A model generated the notes under the pieces. The model ran no database searches. It was not told where the DNA came from and saw only the letters and a program-made list of their open reading frames with translations. This document shows positions 48,020 through 59,100 of a DNA stretch of 64,000 bases, piece by piece. Every line of letters starts with the position of its first letter. The first letter of the stretch is position 1. Origin of the DNA: Candidatus Hydrogenedentota bacterium (GTDB lineage: Bacteria > Hydrogenedentota > Hydrogenedentia > Hydrogenedentales > SLHB01); contig CAXXTH010000021.1 of NCBI GenBank assembly GCA_963668025.2, forward strand, positions 1-64,000. Direction: 5' to 3'. The translations under genes and the position numbers were made by a program.

Positions 48020-49300
48020 ATGTCTCCACCTCGTTCTCGCGGAGAGGTCCACACCTGCTCGTTCTGTGGCAAGCGTCAGGAAGAAGTCGACAAACTCATT
48101 GCGGGCCCAGATGTTAATATCTGCGATGAATGTGTCGCCCTCTGTGCCGAAATTGTAGCGGAAGATCGGGCAAAAAAAGGCGTTTCCCATAGTCTACGAG
48201 TTCCGAAACCCGTGGAAATTAAAAGTTTCCTCGATCAGTTCGTCATCGGGCAGGAAAGGGCGAAACGCATCTTGTCCGTGGCGGTCCACAACCACTATAA
48301 ACGCATATCCGCGGGTGGGGAAGTGGACGGAGTCGAAATTCAGAAGTCCAATGTTTTGCTGATTGGGCCTTCGGGCTGCGGCAAGACGCTCTTGGCGGAG
48401 ACTTTGGCCAAGCTGTTGGATGTGCCCTTTGCGGTGGTGGATGCGACAACGCTCACCGAAGCAGGGTACGTGGGCGATGATGTCGAGAATGTCATCCTGA
48501 AGCTCCTGCAATCGGCGGAGTTCGATTCCGCTCGCGCGGAAATGGGCATCGTCTACATCGACGAGATCGACAAGATCGCCCGCAAGAGCGACAGCCCGTC
48601 CATCACGCGCGATGTATCGGGCGAAGGCGTGCAGCAAGCCCTGCTGAAGCTGCTCGAGGGCACCGTCGCCAATGTGCCGCCACAGGGCGGGCGCAAGCAT
48701 CCGCAGCAAGAATGCATTCAAGTGGACACGACGAACATCCTGTTTATCTGCGGCGGGGCGTTCAACGGGCTCGATAAGATCATCGAAAAGCGCGCCCGCA
48801 AGAGCGTCATCGGGTTTAATGCGGATATTCAATCCAAGAAAGAACGCCGCATCGGCGAATTGCTCGAGATGATCGAGCCGGAGGATCTGATCAAGTTTGG
48901 CATGATCCCCGAATTTTCGGGCCGCCTTCCCATCATCGCCACGCTGAACGAGCTGGACCGGGAAGATTTGATACGCATTTTGCTTGAACCGCGCAATGCG
49001 ATTGTGCGGCAATACGAGAAGCTCTTCGAAATGGAAGGGGTGAAGCTGCATTTCCAGGATGAAGCCATCGAGGCCGTGGCGGACAGCGCGATTTCGAAAG
49101 ATACGGGCGCACGCGGGCTTCGGGCGATTCTCGAGGAAGTCATGCTGGACATCATGTTTGATGTGCCCTCCCATGAGGATTTGCGCGAATGCGTGATTAC
49201 CCAAGGGGTGATCCAGAAAAAAGAAGAGCCGTTGTTGGTTTTCAAACGCAGCCAGGCCGAACCCACGGAGGGGGAGAAGGGGCGTTCCGCATTAGCTTGA
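48020..49300 (+). CDS. clpX: Clp protease ATP-binding subunit ClpX
   Basis: CSFCGK...ICDEC zinc finger, [30 protein letters not shown] loop. Confidence 0.99.
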   Translation: MSPPRSRGEVHTCSFCGKRQEEVDKLIAGPDVNICDECVALCAEIVAEDRAKKGVSHSLRVPKPVEIKSFLDQFVIGQERAKRILSVAVHNHYKRISAGGEVDGVEIQKSNVLLIGPSGCGKTLLAETLAKLLDVPFAVVDATTLTEAGYVGDDVENVILKLLQSAEFDSARAEMGIVYIDEIDKIARKSDSPSITRDVSGEGVQQALLKLLEGTVANVPPQGGRKHPQQECIQVDTTNILFICGGAFNGLDKIIEKRARKSVIGFNADIQSKKERRIGELLEMIEPEDLIKFGMIPEFSGRLPIIATLNELDREDLIRILLEPRNAIVRQYEKLFEMEGVKLHFQDEAIEAVADSAISKDTGARGLRAILEEVMLDIMFDVPSHEDLRECVITQGVIQKKEEPLLVFKRSQAEPTEGEKGRSALA

Positions 49301-49361
49301 CCCCACGGCTGGCCTAAACAGTCTAAAGCCCTCGATCAGGCGCAAGAGGGGTTTCCGAGAA

Positions 49362-49393
49362 AGCCGGAAGGGCGCCGCCCTTCCGGCCTTCTT
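49362..49393 (+). terminator. Hairpin between clpX and lon
   Basis: GCCGGAAGGGC-GCC-GCCCTTCCGGC followed by CTTCTT. Confidence 0.45.
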
Positions 49394-49444
49394 ATGCGCT
49401 CCGAATGACGGAGCCTAGCCTGCGCCGCACAAATGAGGTGTGTG

Positions 49445-51805
49445 ATGAAACGTAAACCCGTGGTTGACCGTTTGCCGCTGCTTCCGCTGAAGGATGTAGT
49501 GGTGTTTCCGCGCATGGTGATGCCGCTGCTCGTGGGCCGCCCCGCATCCATTGCCGCGGTCGAAGAAGCGCTGGCTTCTGATCGGCCGCTCTTTCTATGC
49601 GCCCAGCGAGACCCACAGGATGATTTGCCGGGACAAGATGACCTGTACGGCATAGGGATCGCCGCAAGCATTTTGCAAACCTTGCGCATACCGGATAACA
49701 CCCTCAAGGTGGTGGTCGAGGGCATGAAGCGGGGCTCCCTGCAAAAACTATCCAATGAAAATGATCATGCCGAGGCGGAAGTGATTCCCCTTGAAGATAC
49801 GCCGCTCAATGGCGATGAAGGCCTCGCCCTGATGCGTACGGCGCTGGGGCAGTTCGAAGAATACGTCCGGCTGGGCCAGCGCGTTTCTCCCGAGATCGTT
49901 GCGTCCCTGCGCGATGTGGAAGAAGCAGGCGTCCTGGCGGATCTGATGGCCGCCTATCTTCCCGTGCCGTTTGCGGAACGCCAGGCGCTACTGGAGATCC
50001 TTTCGCAGCGCCAGCGCCTGGAAGGCATTACCGCCATCCTCATGCGGGAGAATGAACTGCTCGACATGGAGCGCAAGGTGCGCGACCGGGTGCGTGATCA
50101 GATTGACCGGAGCCAGCGCGAGCATTTCCTGCATGAACAGCTCAAGGCGATTCATCAAGAACTGGGTTCACGGGACGAGGGGCTCGACGACTCGAACGAA
50201 TTGCGCACGCTTGTCGAAAAAACGCGCATGCCCAAAGAAGTGCGGGAAAAAGCCGAACGCGAGCTGGCCCGCTACGAGCGCATGCCTCCCATGAGCCCCG
50301 AAGGCACCGTCATTCGGACCTACCTCGAATGGCTCATCGACATGCCATGGAAAAAACGCAGCCGCGATATCATTGATCTTCCCATGGCCCAGCGCGTGCT
50401 CGATGAAGACCACTACGGCCTGCAAAAAATAAAGGAGCGCATTATCGAGTTTCTCGCGGTGCGCAAGCTGAGCAAGAGCACGAAAGGCCCCGTATTGTGC
50501 TTGGTGGGGCCGCCAGGCGTCGGCAAGACCAGTCTGGGCAAATCCATTGCACGGGCCATGGGCCGCCATTTCGTGCGGGTCTCGCTCGGGGGCGTGCGCG
50601 ACGAGGCGGAAATTCGGGGCCACCGGCGCACCTACATTGGCGCGCTGCCGGGCCGTATCATACAGAGCATCAAGCGCGTAGGCGTCAAAAATCCTGTTTT
50701 CATGCTGGACGAGATCGATAAAATGAGCATGGATTACCGGGGAGACCCCTCGTCGGCGCTGCTCGAAGTGCTCGATCCGGAGCAGAATAGCGCCTTCAGC
50801 GATCATTATCTTGAAGTGGATTTCGACCTGCACGAGGTGTTCTTTATCACCACGGCGAACAGCGAATACGATATCCCGATGCCCCTGCACGACCGGATGG
50901 AGATCGTGCGCCTATCCGGCTACACGGCCTTCGAGAAAGAGCAAATCGCCAAGGGATTCCTTGTCCCGAAGCAGATGAAAGAGGCCGGGCTCACCAATAA
51001 AATGCTCTCGTTCAAGCCGGATGGCCTCGACCGCCTAATCCAGCGCTATACGCGCGAGGCGGGCGTGCGCGAGCTTGAACGCCAAATCGCCCATGTTTGC
51101 CGCAAGGCCGCCCGGCGAATCCTCGAACGCAAGCAAAAGGGCGCGATTGTCATCAACGCCGAAATGGCGAGTGAATTGCTCGGGCCGGAAGAATACTCGG
51201 ATATGCGCGCCGATGAGAACCCCCAGATTGGCCTAGCGGTCGGTTTGGCGTGGACATGGGCGGGCGGCGATATCTTGAATATCGAGACAAGCATCATGAA
51301 AGGCAAAGGCGAGCTGACGTTGACGGGCCAGCTAGGCGATGTCATGAAAGAATCCGCCCAAGCCGCCCATACCTATTTGCGCGCCCATATGACCGAGTTG
51401 CACCTGCCCCCGCGTTTTTATCAGATGCTCGATGTGCATGTCCATCTGCCGGAAGGCTCGATTCCAAAAGACGGCCCTTCGGCGGGCGTGGCCCTTGCCG
51501 TAAGCATGCTTTCCGCTCTCCGCCAAATGCCTCCCCGGGCAGGCTTGGCCATGACAGGCGAATTGACCCTTCGCGGCCGCGTATTACCCGTGGGGGCCAT
51601 CAAGGAAAAAGTCCTCGCGGCCCATCGCGCTGGCATCCGGATGGTCATTTTGCCCAAGGAGAATGAAAAAGATCTCCATGAAGTGCCGGACGAAGTTAAA
51701 AAGGAGCTAGACATTAAACTGGTGAGTTCCGTGGATGAAGTATTTGCTTTGGCATTTCCCCGCCCGCGTTCGCCGCGTAAGAAAACGGCAAGGGGCCGCA
51801 AATGA
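49445..51805 (+). CDS. lon: Lon protease
   Basis: GPPGVGKTS, HRRTYIGALPG, PKDGPSAG, KEK dyad. Confidence 0.99.
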   Translation: MKRKPVVDRLPLLPLKDVVVFPRMVMPLLVGRPASIAAVEEALASDRPLFLCAQRDPQDDLPGQDDLYGIGIAASILQTLRIPDNTLKVVVEGMKRGSLQKLSNENDHAEAEVIPLEDTPLNGDEGLALMRTALGQFEEYVRLGQRVSPEIVASLRDVEEAGVLADLMAAYLPVPFAERQALLEILSQRQRLEGITAILMRENELLDMERKVRDRVRDQIDRSQREHFLHEQLKAIHQELGSRDEGLDDSNELRTLVEKTRMPKEVREKAERELARYERMPPMSPEGTVIRTYLEWLIDMPWKKRSRDIIDLPMAQRVLDEDHYGLQKIKERIIEFLAVRKLSKSTKGPVLCLVGPPGVGKTSLGKSIARAMGRHFVRVSLGGVRDEAEIRGHRRTYIGALPGRIIQSIKRVGVKNPVFMLDEIDKMSMDYRGDPSSALLEVLDPEQNSAFSDHYLEVDFDLHEVFFITTANSEYDIPMPLHDRMEIVRLSGYTAFEKEQIAKGFLVPKQMKEAGLTNKMLSFKPDGLDRLIQRYTREAGVRELERQIAHVCRKAARRILERKQKGAIVINAEMASELLGPEEYSDMRADENPQIGLAVGLAWTWAGGDILNIETSIMKGKGELTLTGQLGDVMKESAQAAHTYLRAHMTELHLPPRFYQMLDVHVHLPEGSIPKDGPSAGVALAVSMLSALRQMPPRAGLAMTGELTLRGRVLPVGAIKEKVLAAHRAGIRMVILPKENEKDLHEVPDEVKKELDIKLVSSVDEVFALAFPRPRSPRKKTARGRK

Positions 51806-52383
51806 GGGCTGTATCCGCGCGTTTTGTGAAGAGCGCTATGCTCCCGCAAGATTTCCCGCGAGAAGGCTATCCCGAGATCGCCTTCGCGGGGCGCAGCAAT
51901 GTAGGCAAATCTTCATTGCTGAATAGCTTGCTCGGGCGCAAAGGCCTCGCAAAAACGAGCAAGACGCCCGGTAAAACGCGCACGGTGAATTTTTTCGCCG
52001 TGAATGAACGGTTCTATTTTGTCGATTTGCCCGGCTACGGCTACGCCCGTGTCGCCCGTTCGCTCAAGGAAACATGGGGGCGCATGATTACATCCTATGT
52101 GGCGGAGCGTGAAGCGTTGCGCCTGGTGGTGCAATTAATCGACGCACGCCATCCGCCTACGCCCAATGATCACGAATTGCTCGCACTGCTCGATGAAGCC
52201 CGTGTGCCGACGCTTTTGGTGGCGACCAAATTCGACAAACTGAAGCAATCGGAACGCCATCATACGCTCAAGGTGATCCAGAAAGAATTGGAACTAGATG
52301 AAGAAGCAGCCTTGATTCCTTGCTCGTCGGTTACCGGCGAAGGCATCAAGGAATTGTGGAGCTTCATCGAGGATCAACTCTAG
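51802..52383 (+). CDS. engB: Ribosome biogenesis GTPase YihA/YsxC
   Basis: GRSNVGKSSLLN, SKTPGKT, DLPGYG, TKFDK. Confidence 0.97.
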   Translation: MRAVSARFVKSAMLPQDFPREGYPEIAFAGRSNVGKSSLLNSLLGRKGLAKTSKTPGKTRTVNFFAVNERFYFVDLPGYGYARVARSLKETWGRMITSYVAEREALRLVVQLIDARHPPTPNDHELLALLDEARVPTLLVATKFDKLKQSERHHTLKVIQKELELDEEAALIPCSSVTGEGIKELWSFIEDQL

Positions 52384-52811
52384 GCAGCCTTTTTTGTAGT
52401 GGAAACGCTACAATCCCTGCTCGATCCATCACCCGAAAGGAAATAAGGCCGGAGCAGAAAAAAGGGGCAATGTTTCCGAAATATTTGGCGGAATGCGTTG
52501 TATAGTATTCAACATACTACCACTAAGGAGGCGCGTCAAAATAACTTGACTATTTTTTCGCATTCAACGCAATTTTCATGGCGATAGGAATTACCGCTTC
52601 CTTTCCGAGTGGTGGGAGAAAATCGGTAAGTTATTTTGACGCGACTCTTAAGCCAATCCCGTGAAAGCGTGAATCTTGCTTGCTCGATGGTAGGTATATT
52701 GTAGCTCTTAGTGGTATGCAAATAGATAATTCGTAATTTTTTTGACAATGCGGTTCTTAAGCGCGGGTAGGAACAATGCCAGTTACCCGGAAATACGGAT
52801 GGCATTGTTGT

Positions 52812-52840
52812 TTGACATGAAAATCCGCGCGACGTACCAT
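52812..52840 (+). promoter_or_regulatory. Sigma70 promoter upstream of the lpxA leader
   Basis: TTGACA-17 nt-TACCAT. Confidence 0.55.
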
Positions 52841-52903
52841 ACTGGCGTTTGCTGGGCGTTATGCTGCTCGAGAGGTGGGCGCGGCGTGACGGGAGTGGGA
52901 AGC

Positions 52904-52935
52904 GCCCCCTTAGTCAGCAAGAGGGGGCTTTTTTT
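52904..52935 (+). terminator. Intrinsic terminator just upstream of lpxA
   Basis: GCCCCCTT...AGAGGGGGC followed by a T7 tract. Confidence 0.55.
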
Positions 52936-52952
52936 CTGAGGTCGGATTCTAA

Positions 52953-53741
52953 ATGAATATTCATCCAAGCGCGATCGTGCATCCAGACGCTGAATTGGCG
53001 GAGGGTGTGGAAATCCAGCCGTATTCGATCATCGGACCCCATGTCCGCATTGGCCGAGGCACTCGAGTGGGCCCCCATTGCGTAATCGATGGGCGCACGG
53101 AAATCGGTGAGAACAACGAATTTTTTAGTGGCGCCCAGATAGGCATTCTTTCCCAAGACAAGAAACACAAGCTAGGGCTCATTGGCCGGACGGCCATCGG
53201 CAACGGCAACCAGTTCCGGGAGCATGTCACCATCAGCGCAAGCACCATGGAGAGCTTCGATGATGACCACCGGGTCACCTCGATAGGCGATGACTGCTTG
53301 CTTATGGCGTATTGCCATGTCGCCCATGACTGCCATTTAGGTAATACCATTGTCATGGCGAGCGGCGCGATGATCTCGGGCCATGTGGATGTGGAAGACT
53401 ACGCCATTTTGAGCGGCAAGTGCGGCATCCATCAGGAATGCGTCATTGGCAAGTTCGCCTTTGTAGGCGGCATGACGCGCGTGGTGAAGGATGTGCCTCC
53501 GTTCTTGCTCGTCGAGGGCAATCCCGCGCGCTGTTGCGGCCCGAATTCCGTGGGACTGCGCCGTGCGGGCTTTACGCAGGAAGCCCGTGGCCGCATTAAA
53601 GAAATGTACCGCATTGTGTACCGCTCGGGCCTGAACACGACGCAAGCGTTGCACGAAATCGAGGCGCGTGTGTTGGAAAGTGAAGAGCGGACCCATTTTG
53701 TCGAGTTTATCCGCAAATCGATTCGGGGTATTACGCAGTAA
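52953..53741 (+). CDS. lpxA: Acyl-ACP--UDP-N-acetylglucosamine acyltransferase
   Basis: Hexapeptide repeats, IHPSAIV, HVAHDC, GHV, HQ, DVPPF, N.VGLRR.GF. Confidence 0.95.
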   Translation: MNIHPSAIVHPDAELAEGVEIQPYSIIGPHVRIGRGTRVGPHCVIDGRTEIGENNEFFSGAQIGILSQDKKHKLGLIGRTAIGNGNQFREHVTISASTMESFDDDHRVTSIGDDCLLMAYCHVAHDCHLGNTIVMASGAMISGHVDVEDYAILSGKCGIHQECVIGKFAFVGGMTRVVKDVPPFLLVEGNPARCCGPNSVGLRRAGFTQEARGRIKEMYRIVYRSGLNTTQALHEIEARVLESEERTHFVEFIRKSIRGITQ

Positions 53742-53773
53742 CCTGGCGTGGCGCCACCAAAGGGAGTTTCATT

Positions 53774-54730
53774 ATGCCGTCCGTTCGGATGGGCGTCATC
53801 GGCGTAGGCCATCTCGGCTACCATCATGCCCGGTTATACGCCGCCATTGAAGGCGCGGAACTCGTAGGCGTTATGGACCCAGACGCCGAACGTGCGCAAG
53901 AAGTGGCCAGCGAATTCTGCCCTGGCCGGGGATTCTCGAGCGTGGACGCTCTTCTTGAAGCGGGCATTGACGCCGCTTCCGTAGCCGCGCCCACGACGGC
54001 GCACCCGGAGATGACGCTTCAGTTATTGGATGCCGGCGTGGATGTGCTCGTCGAAAAGCCTATCGCGGCCACTATAGCCGAGGCGCGTATGATGGTCGAG
54101 CGGGCGAACGCCTTGGGCAGGCTGCTGCAAGTGGGGCATATCGAGCGGTTCAACGCCGCCGTGATCGCACTGCTTGAGGCTGTTAAGCGCCCGCGATTTA
54201 TCGAGTGCCACCGCCTGAGCACCTACCCCATGCGCAGCACGGATGTGAGCGTCGTGCTCGATTTGATGATCCATGACCTTGAGATCCTGAGGGCGATTGA
54301 GAAATCCCCCGTCGCCTCGCTGGATGCGGCGGGAGTGGCGGTGTTTTCCGAAACGGAAGATATCGCCAACGCGCGCATCCGGTTTGAATCAGGCTGCGTC
54401 GCCAATATCACCTCGAGCCGCGTCTCCATGGATAAAATGCGTAAAATCCGTATCTTCGAGGAAGACGCCTATGTGTCCACGGATTATAGCGAGCAGGAAG
54501 TGCGGGTGTTTCGTAAAAAGAGCGGTCCTCTTCATCCCGGCGCACTGCCCATGGACCGTATCAGCGTCGATACGCTGCCTGTCGAACGGGTCGAGCCGTT
54601 AAGGCTTGAGCTCGAGTCATTCGTTTCTTGTGTGCGGGAACGCAAGCGCCCCGTCGTAGACGGAGAAGATGCGCTTGCCGCACTGGTGTTGGCCCAGCAA
54701 ATCTTAGATTTTATCCATGCGCATGCATGA
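53774..54730 (+). CDS. Gfo/Idh/MocA oxidoreductase, GnnA-like
   Basis: GVGHLGYHH, VEKP, QVGHIERFN, DLMIHD, DIANARI.F..GC.AN..SR; sits between lpxA and lpxB. Confidence 0.8.
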   Translation: MPSVRMGVIGVGHLGYHHARLYAAIEGAELVGVMDPDAERAQEVASEFCPGRGFSSVDALLEAGIDAASVAAPTTAHPEMTLQLLDAGVDVLVEKPIAATIAEARMMVERANALGRLLQVGHIERFNAAVIALLEAVKRPRFIECHRLSTYPMRSTDVSVVLDLMIHDLEILRAIEKSPVASLDAAGVAVFSETEDIANARIRFESGCVANITSSRVSMDKMRKIRIFEEDAYVSTDYSEQEVRVFRKKSGPLHPGALPMDRISVDTLPVERVEPLRLELESFVSCVRERKRPVVDGEDALAALVLAQQILDFIHAHA

Positions 54731-54738
54731 CACTTCCC

Positions 54739-54786
54739 GTGGCATGGCCGTCCCGGCCATGCGCATGGGCGGGACGCTCATGCCAC
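54739..54786. repeat. REP doublet (GTGG-CATGGCCG family)
   Basis: GTGGCATGGCCGTCCCGGCCATGCGCATGGGCGGGACGCTCATGCCAC. Confidence 0.8.
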
Positions 54787-54856
54787 GAAATCCAAATAGG
54801 TGAAACGGACAGGGGTGGCATTGTGGAATGAATGAGCGTGAATACATCGTATTGGT

Positions 54857-56017
54857 ATGCAGGCACTTGCACACATCTCTTTTATCCGGCGCTCAGGGGT
54901 AGGTGGCGAATTGCAAATTTTCTTTGTAGCGGGAGAGTCTTCCGGCGACACCCACGGCGCGCATTTGGTGAGCGCCTTGCGCGAAGCCTGTCCAGGCCTG
55001 GAATGCGAAGGCTTGGGCGGCGTCCAGATGGAAGCGGCAGGGATGAAGCTCCGCTATGATTTAGCAGGGCGCGCCATCATGGGGTTCACGGAGGTTATCC
55101 GTTCCCTTGGTTTTCTCCGCCGTTTGTTTCACGACACCGTCGCGCGCCTAAAGGAAATGCGCCCCGACTGCCTGGTCTTGATCGATTACCCCGGTTTCAA
55201 CATCCGCCTTGCCAAGCAGGCCAAAGCTATGGGCATTCCGGTTGTGTATTATATTAGCCCGCAGATTTGGGCGTGGAAGAAAGGGCGCATTCACACGCTG
55301 GCGGCGGTGGTCGAGAAGATGCTCGTGATTTTGCCGTTCGAGCAGGCGCTCTATCAGAAAGTGGGCGTCGATTGCACCTATGTAGGCCATCCCCTGTTTG
55401 ATCACCTGCCATCCGTCCCACGGAGCGGGCGCTTGCGTGGCGGCATGGTCATCGGCTTGCTTCCAGGCAGCCGGGAACAGGAGATCGCACGCATTTTACC
55501 CTTGCTGCTGGAGGTGGCGGCGGGTATTGCCAAACAGCACCCTGATGCCCGGTTTATCGCGCCGTGCGTCGATGCCACTCGGGAAGCGCAAATCAAGGCC
55601 ATCGCGGCCGATTTTCCCGTCGAGACCTGTATTGGCGGCGCGTATGATGTCCTGGACGCCGCCCGTTTCTGCTTGGTGGCCAGCGGCACGGCGACCCTCG
55701 AGACCTGCCTGTTCGGTGTTCCGATGGTGATTGTGTACCGCATTTCGCCGCTGAGTTACTGGCTTGCCCGCATGCTGGTGGATATTAAATACATCGGTAT
55801 CGTGAATATCCTGGCGGGCAAATGTATTGTCCCCGAATTTGTACAGCATGGCGCATGCGTCCAAAACGTGCTGCCCGCCGCGCTCGAGTTGATCGAGGAA
55901 ACCCCCGCCCGGGCGCATATGCTCGATGAATTGGCAATGGTCAAGGCATCCCTGGGCGGGCCAGGCGCATCGGCCCGCGCGTCGGCGGAAGTGCTGAAGG
56001 TTATACAAGAAAGCTGA
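54857..56017 (+). CDS. lpxB: Lipid-A-disaccharide synthase (start may be TTG at 54911)
   Basis: AGESSGD, IDYPGFN, SPQIWAW, VGHP, LPGSR, SGTATLE. Confidence 0.97.
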   Translation: MQALAHISFIRRSGVGGELQIFFVAGESSGDTHGAHLVSALREACPGLECEGLGGVQMEAAGMKLRYDLAGRAIMGFTEVIRSLGFLRRLFHDTVARLKEMRPDCLVLIDYPGFNIRLAKQAKAMGIPVVYYISPQIWAWKKGRIHTLAAVVEKMLVILPFEQALYQKVGVDCTYVGHPLFDHLPSVPRSGRLRGGMVIGLLPGSREQEIARILPLLLEVAAGIAKQHPDARFIAPCVDATREAQIKAIAADFPVETCIGGAYDVLDAARFCLVASGTATLETCLFGVPMVIVYRISPLSYWLARMLVDIKYIGIVNILAGKCIVPEFVQHGACVQNVLPAALELIEETPARAHMLDELAMVKASLGGPGASARASAEVLKVIQES

Positions 56018-56034
56018 CAGGCGCTACTATTCTT

Positions 56035-56082
56035 GTGGCATGGCCGTCCCGGCCATGTGCATGGGCAGGACGCCCATGCCAC
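56035..56082. repeat. REP doublet (GTGG-CATGGCCG family)
   Basis: GTGGCATGGCCGTCCCGGCCATGTGCATGGGCAGGACGCCCATGCCAC. Confidence 0.8.
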
Positions 56083-56150
56083 TCTAGTCTTGCCTCCTAT
56101 CCGGCGAATTAAGCAGTTCGCACTGATGGCCGCCCGCATGGCACAATGGA

Positions 56151-59100
56151 ATGATGAAACAGCTTAGAATCTATCTATTAATAACTGTCGCGGCGCTGTG
56201 TTCGCCTTTGCCAGGCGCTGCCCAAACACCTGACGATCCCGTGGAATTATGGCGGCATGCCACCATCTACCGCGACGAATGGGGCGCGCCGCATGTGTAC
56301 GGCGAAACCGTGCGCGCCATGGCGTTCGCCTTCGGCTACGCCCAGGCGCAAGACCATTTACGCGAGATGCTGCTGGCGTACCGCATGGCCGATGGCCGGC
56401 TCGCGGAGGCGTTGGGGCCGGAACAAGCGCCTTCTGATGAATTCGCGCTGCGCATGGGCCATGCCGAATTGGCCGCGAAAGCCTACGCCAGCGCCGATCC
56501 CGTGACACGCGATCTTTGCGAAGGTTTCGCGGTGGGCGTCAATGCCTATTTGGTGGAGCATCAAGAACAAGCCCCGGAATGGGCGGACGGCATGAAGCCT
56601 GAAGATATTCTGGCGTTGATGCATTGTTATCTCATGTCATTTGCCCCCTTCGATCTGCCAGACGCCTACCACCGCCCGCCTGCCGCCCGGTCGGCCAATA
56701 CCTGGGCCATCGCACCCCAGCATACCCCGGACGGCAAGGCGCTGCTGGTCATCAATCCGCATACGGACTATTTCGGGCTGTTTCAATGGTATGAAGCGCA
56801 CTTGTCCGCGCCAGGATATGAGATATCGGGGGCTACGCTCTTCGGTCTTCCCGTGATTCTTCAAGGATATAACAATGTGCTGGGCTGGGGGCTCTCCCCC
56901 AATGCGCCCGATACCGCCGATGTATACATGGAAACACCGCCACAACTGCAAGTGGACCCGAAATCGTTGTCGCCGGAGAATATGGACCAGGTCTTGGCGG
57001 TGCAGCTTGCCAACATCCCCGAATCCAAGATCTATTATGTAAGCGGCGCGGAAGGGCTTCAAAAACGCTCGGTCTCCTACCGGATTAATCCGCGCGGCCC
57101 CGTGGTGGCGTGGGTGAACGGCAAGGCCCAAACGCTTCGGGCTGGGGGCTATCGGGAATTCGGCGCTATCAAGCAATTCTACGAAATGGGGGCCGCCCAG
57201 GGGCTTGATGCATTCCAACAGGCTATGGCCATGCAGCAAATCCCCTGTTTCCATGTGGTGTACGCCGACCGCGACGGCAATATCTATTATCTGTATAACG
57301 CCTTGGTGGGAATCAAGGATACTTCGAATCCCCAGCCTGTACAGGAAGGGGCCCATCCCACCGAGCCCATCATCATCCGTGACTGGACCAAGCCCGTACC
57401 CGGTGGGGATCCTGATTTTGACTGGCATGGCATGCTCCCATTCGCCCAACTCCCATCGTTGTTGAATCCGCCCGCGGGGTATGTCCAGGCCTGTGGCGCG
57501 CCGCCATGGCAGGTATCGCCCGGAGCGCCCCTCGACCTCAGCCAATGGCCTTCATCCATTGGCGAAGAACCGGACACCTTTCGCGCACGCCGCGTGCGCC
57601 AGCTTTTAGGATTCGGCGCACGGTCATTCACCGATATGCAGTCCATGGTATTCGATGTCGTGGCCCCCTTTGCGCTCGATGCCGTGCCGCATTTGCTCGA
57701 TATCGCCGAACAGCACCCGGACTGGGTTTCATCCGGGCACCCGGATCTGCCAGTCGGACTTGATGTGCTCCGCAATTGGAATAAGGTGGCCGAGCCCAAT
57801 AGCCCCGGCATGACGTTCTTCCATCTGTGGTGGGCGGCATATAAAAAGCTTGCGCCCGGGATTTCCGATGATACGGTGCTGGGCAACGCCTTCCTCGCGG
57901 ACCAGCAAAACCCGCTTTTAGCCATCCAAGCCGCGTCGCAGGCGTCGTTGCTCTTGCGCAATGAATACCAATCGCTCACGGTGGCCTGGGGCGATGTCCA
58001 TGTCGCCCAGCGGGGAGGGCAAATTGTGCCGGTGGCGGGCGCATCGAGTGGCCAGCCCATTTTTGTGTCGTCCGATGACACCTTCAAATCCAGCCGGTGG
58101 TTCGCCACGTATGGTTACGCGTATGCCAGCGTGGTCCAGTTTGGAGATCAGCCACACGCCGTGAGCATGGTTCCTTTTGGCGCATCCGAAGACCCGGAGT
58201 CGCCGCACTATGCCGATCAACTGCCTTTCCTCGTTGAACGCCGGTTCAAGCCGGTGTATACGGCTGAAATGGATGTGTTGCAACATGCCCGGAGCGCGTT
58301 TGGGCGGGTGCTGCAATTGCGCGCCGCAGGCGTGCCGGGACGGTTCCTCGTGCGTGCGGAGGACTCCGTGGAGGCTTCGATTAGCGTGTCGGCCCAGCCG
58401 CCCGCGCCGATTCCCGAAAGCCTTGCGCCTTATTCCTTATTTATACGGGCGGAGCAGAAGCCTGCTGATGTGGCCGCGTCCATTGATATTGAATTGTCCG
58501 TGCCGCCGGAAGCGTGTCCGGAAGAGGCCTTTTCCCGCCTCATGGTATACGGATATGAATCTGGCGCTGGATGGCAGCCGCTTCAGAACCAGCGGGCCAA
58601 TCCGCAAAACCGCAGCCTCGTAGCCAAAGATCGCGGCCTGCGTACATACGCCGTTTTAGGCCCATCGGCGTCTGCGCCCGCGCTGGCCGCTCCACGCGCG
58701 GGAAACGCGGCGGCTCTGGCGAAACGCTTGGTGCCTGGCCAGCCGCTGGTTCCCAACACGGCAGAGCCGGAGAATGCCGCGCCTGTGCCAGGTGAGGAAG
58801 CGCCCCCGCAACCATCAACAGCCCAGCCGCCTGTTCCCGCAGCTCCGGCTATACCCGGCGCTACCTCACCGGATGCCGTTCCCGAGGCGCCCGGTGCTCC
58901 AGTGGCTCCAGCCGAGACTGCCGTTCCAGGTGCTCCTGCGGCTGCTGAAGCAGCTACACCGGATGCGGGGGAATCCGCCATTCCCAAAACAGATAACAAG
59001 GTGGCGGTTGCATGGGGCAGGAGCCTTGAATTGCGTCCTGCCGGTGAAGGCAGCCGCATCCAGATCATTGCAGAGAAAAACATGGGCGCACGGCTCGCAC

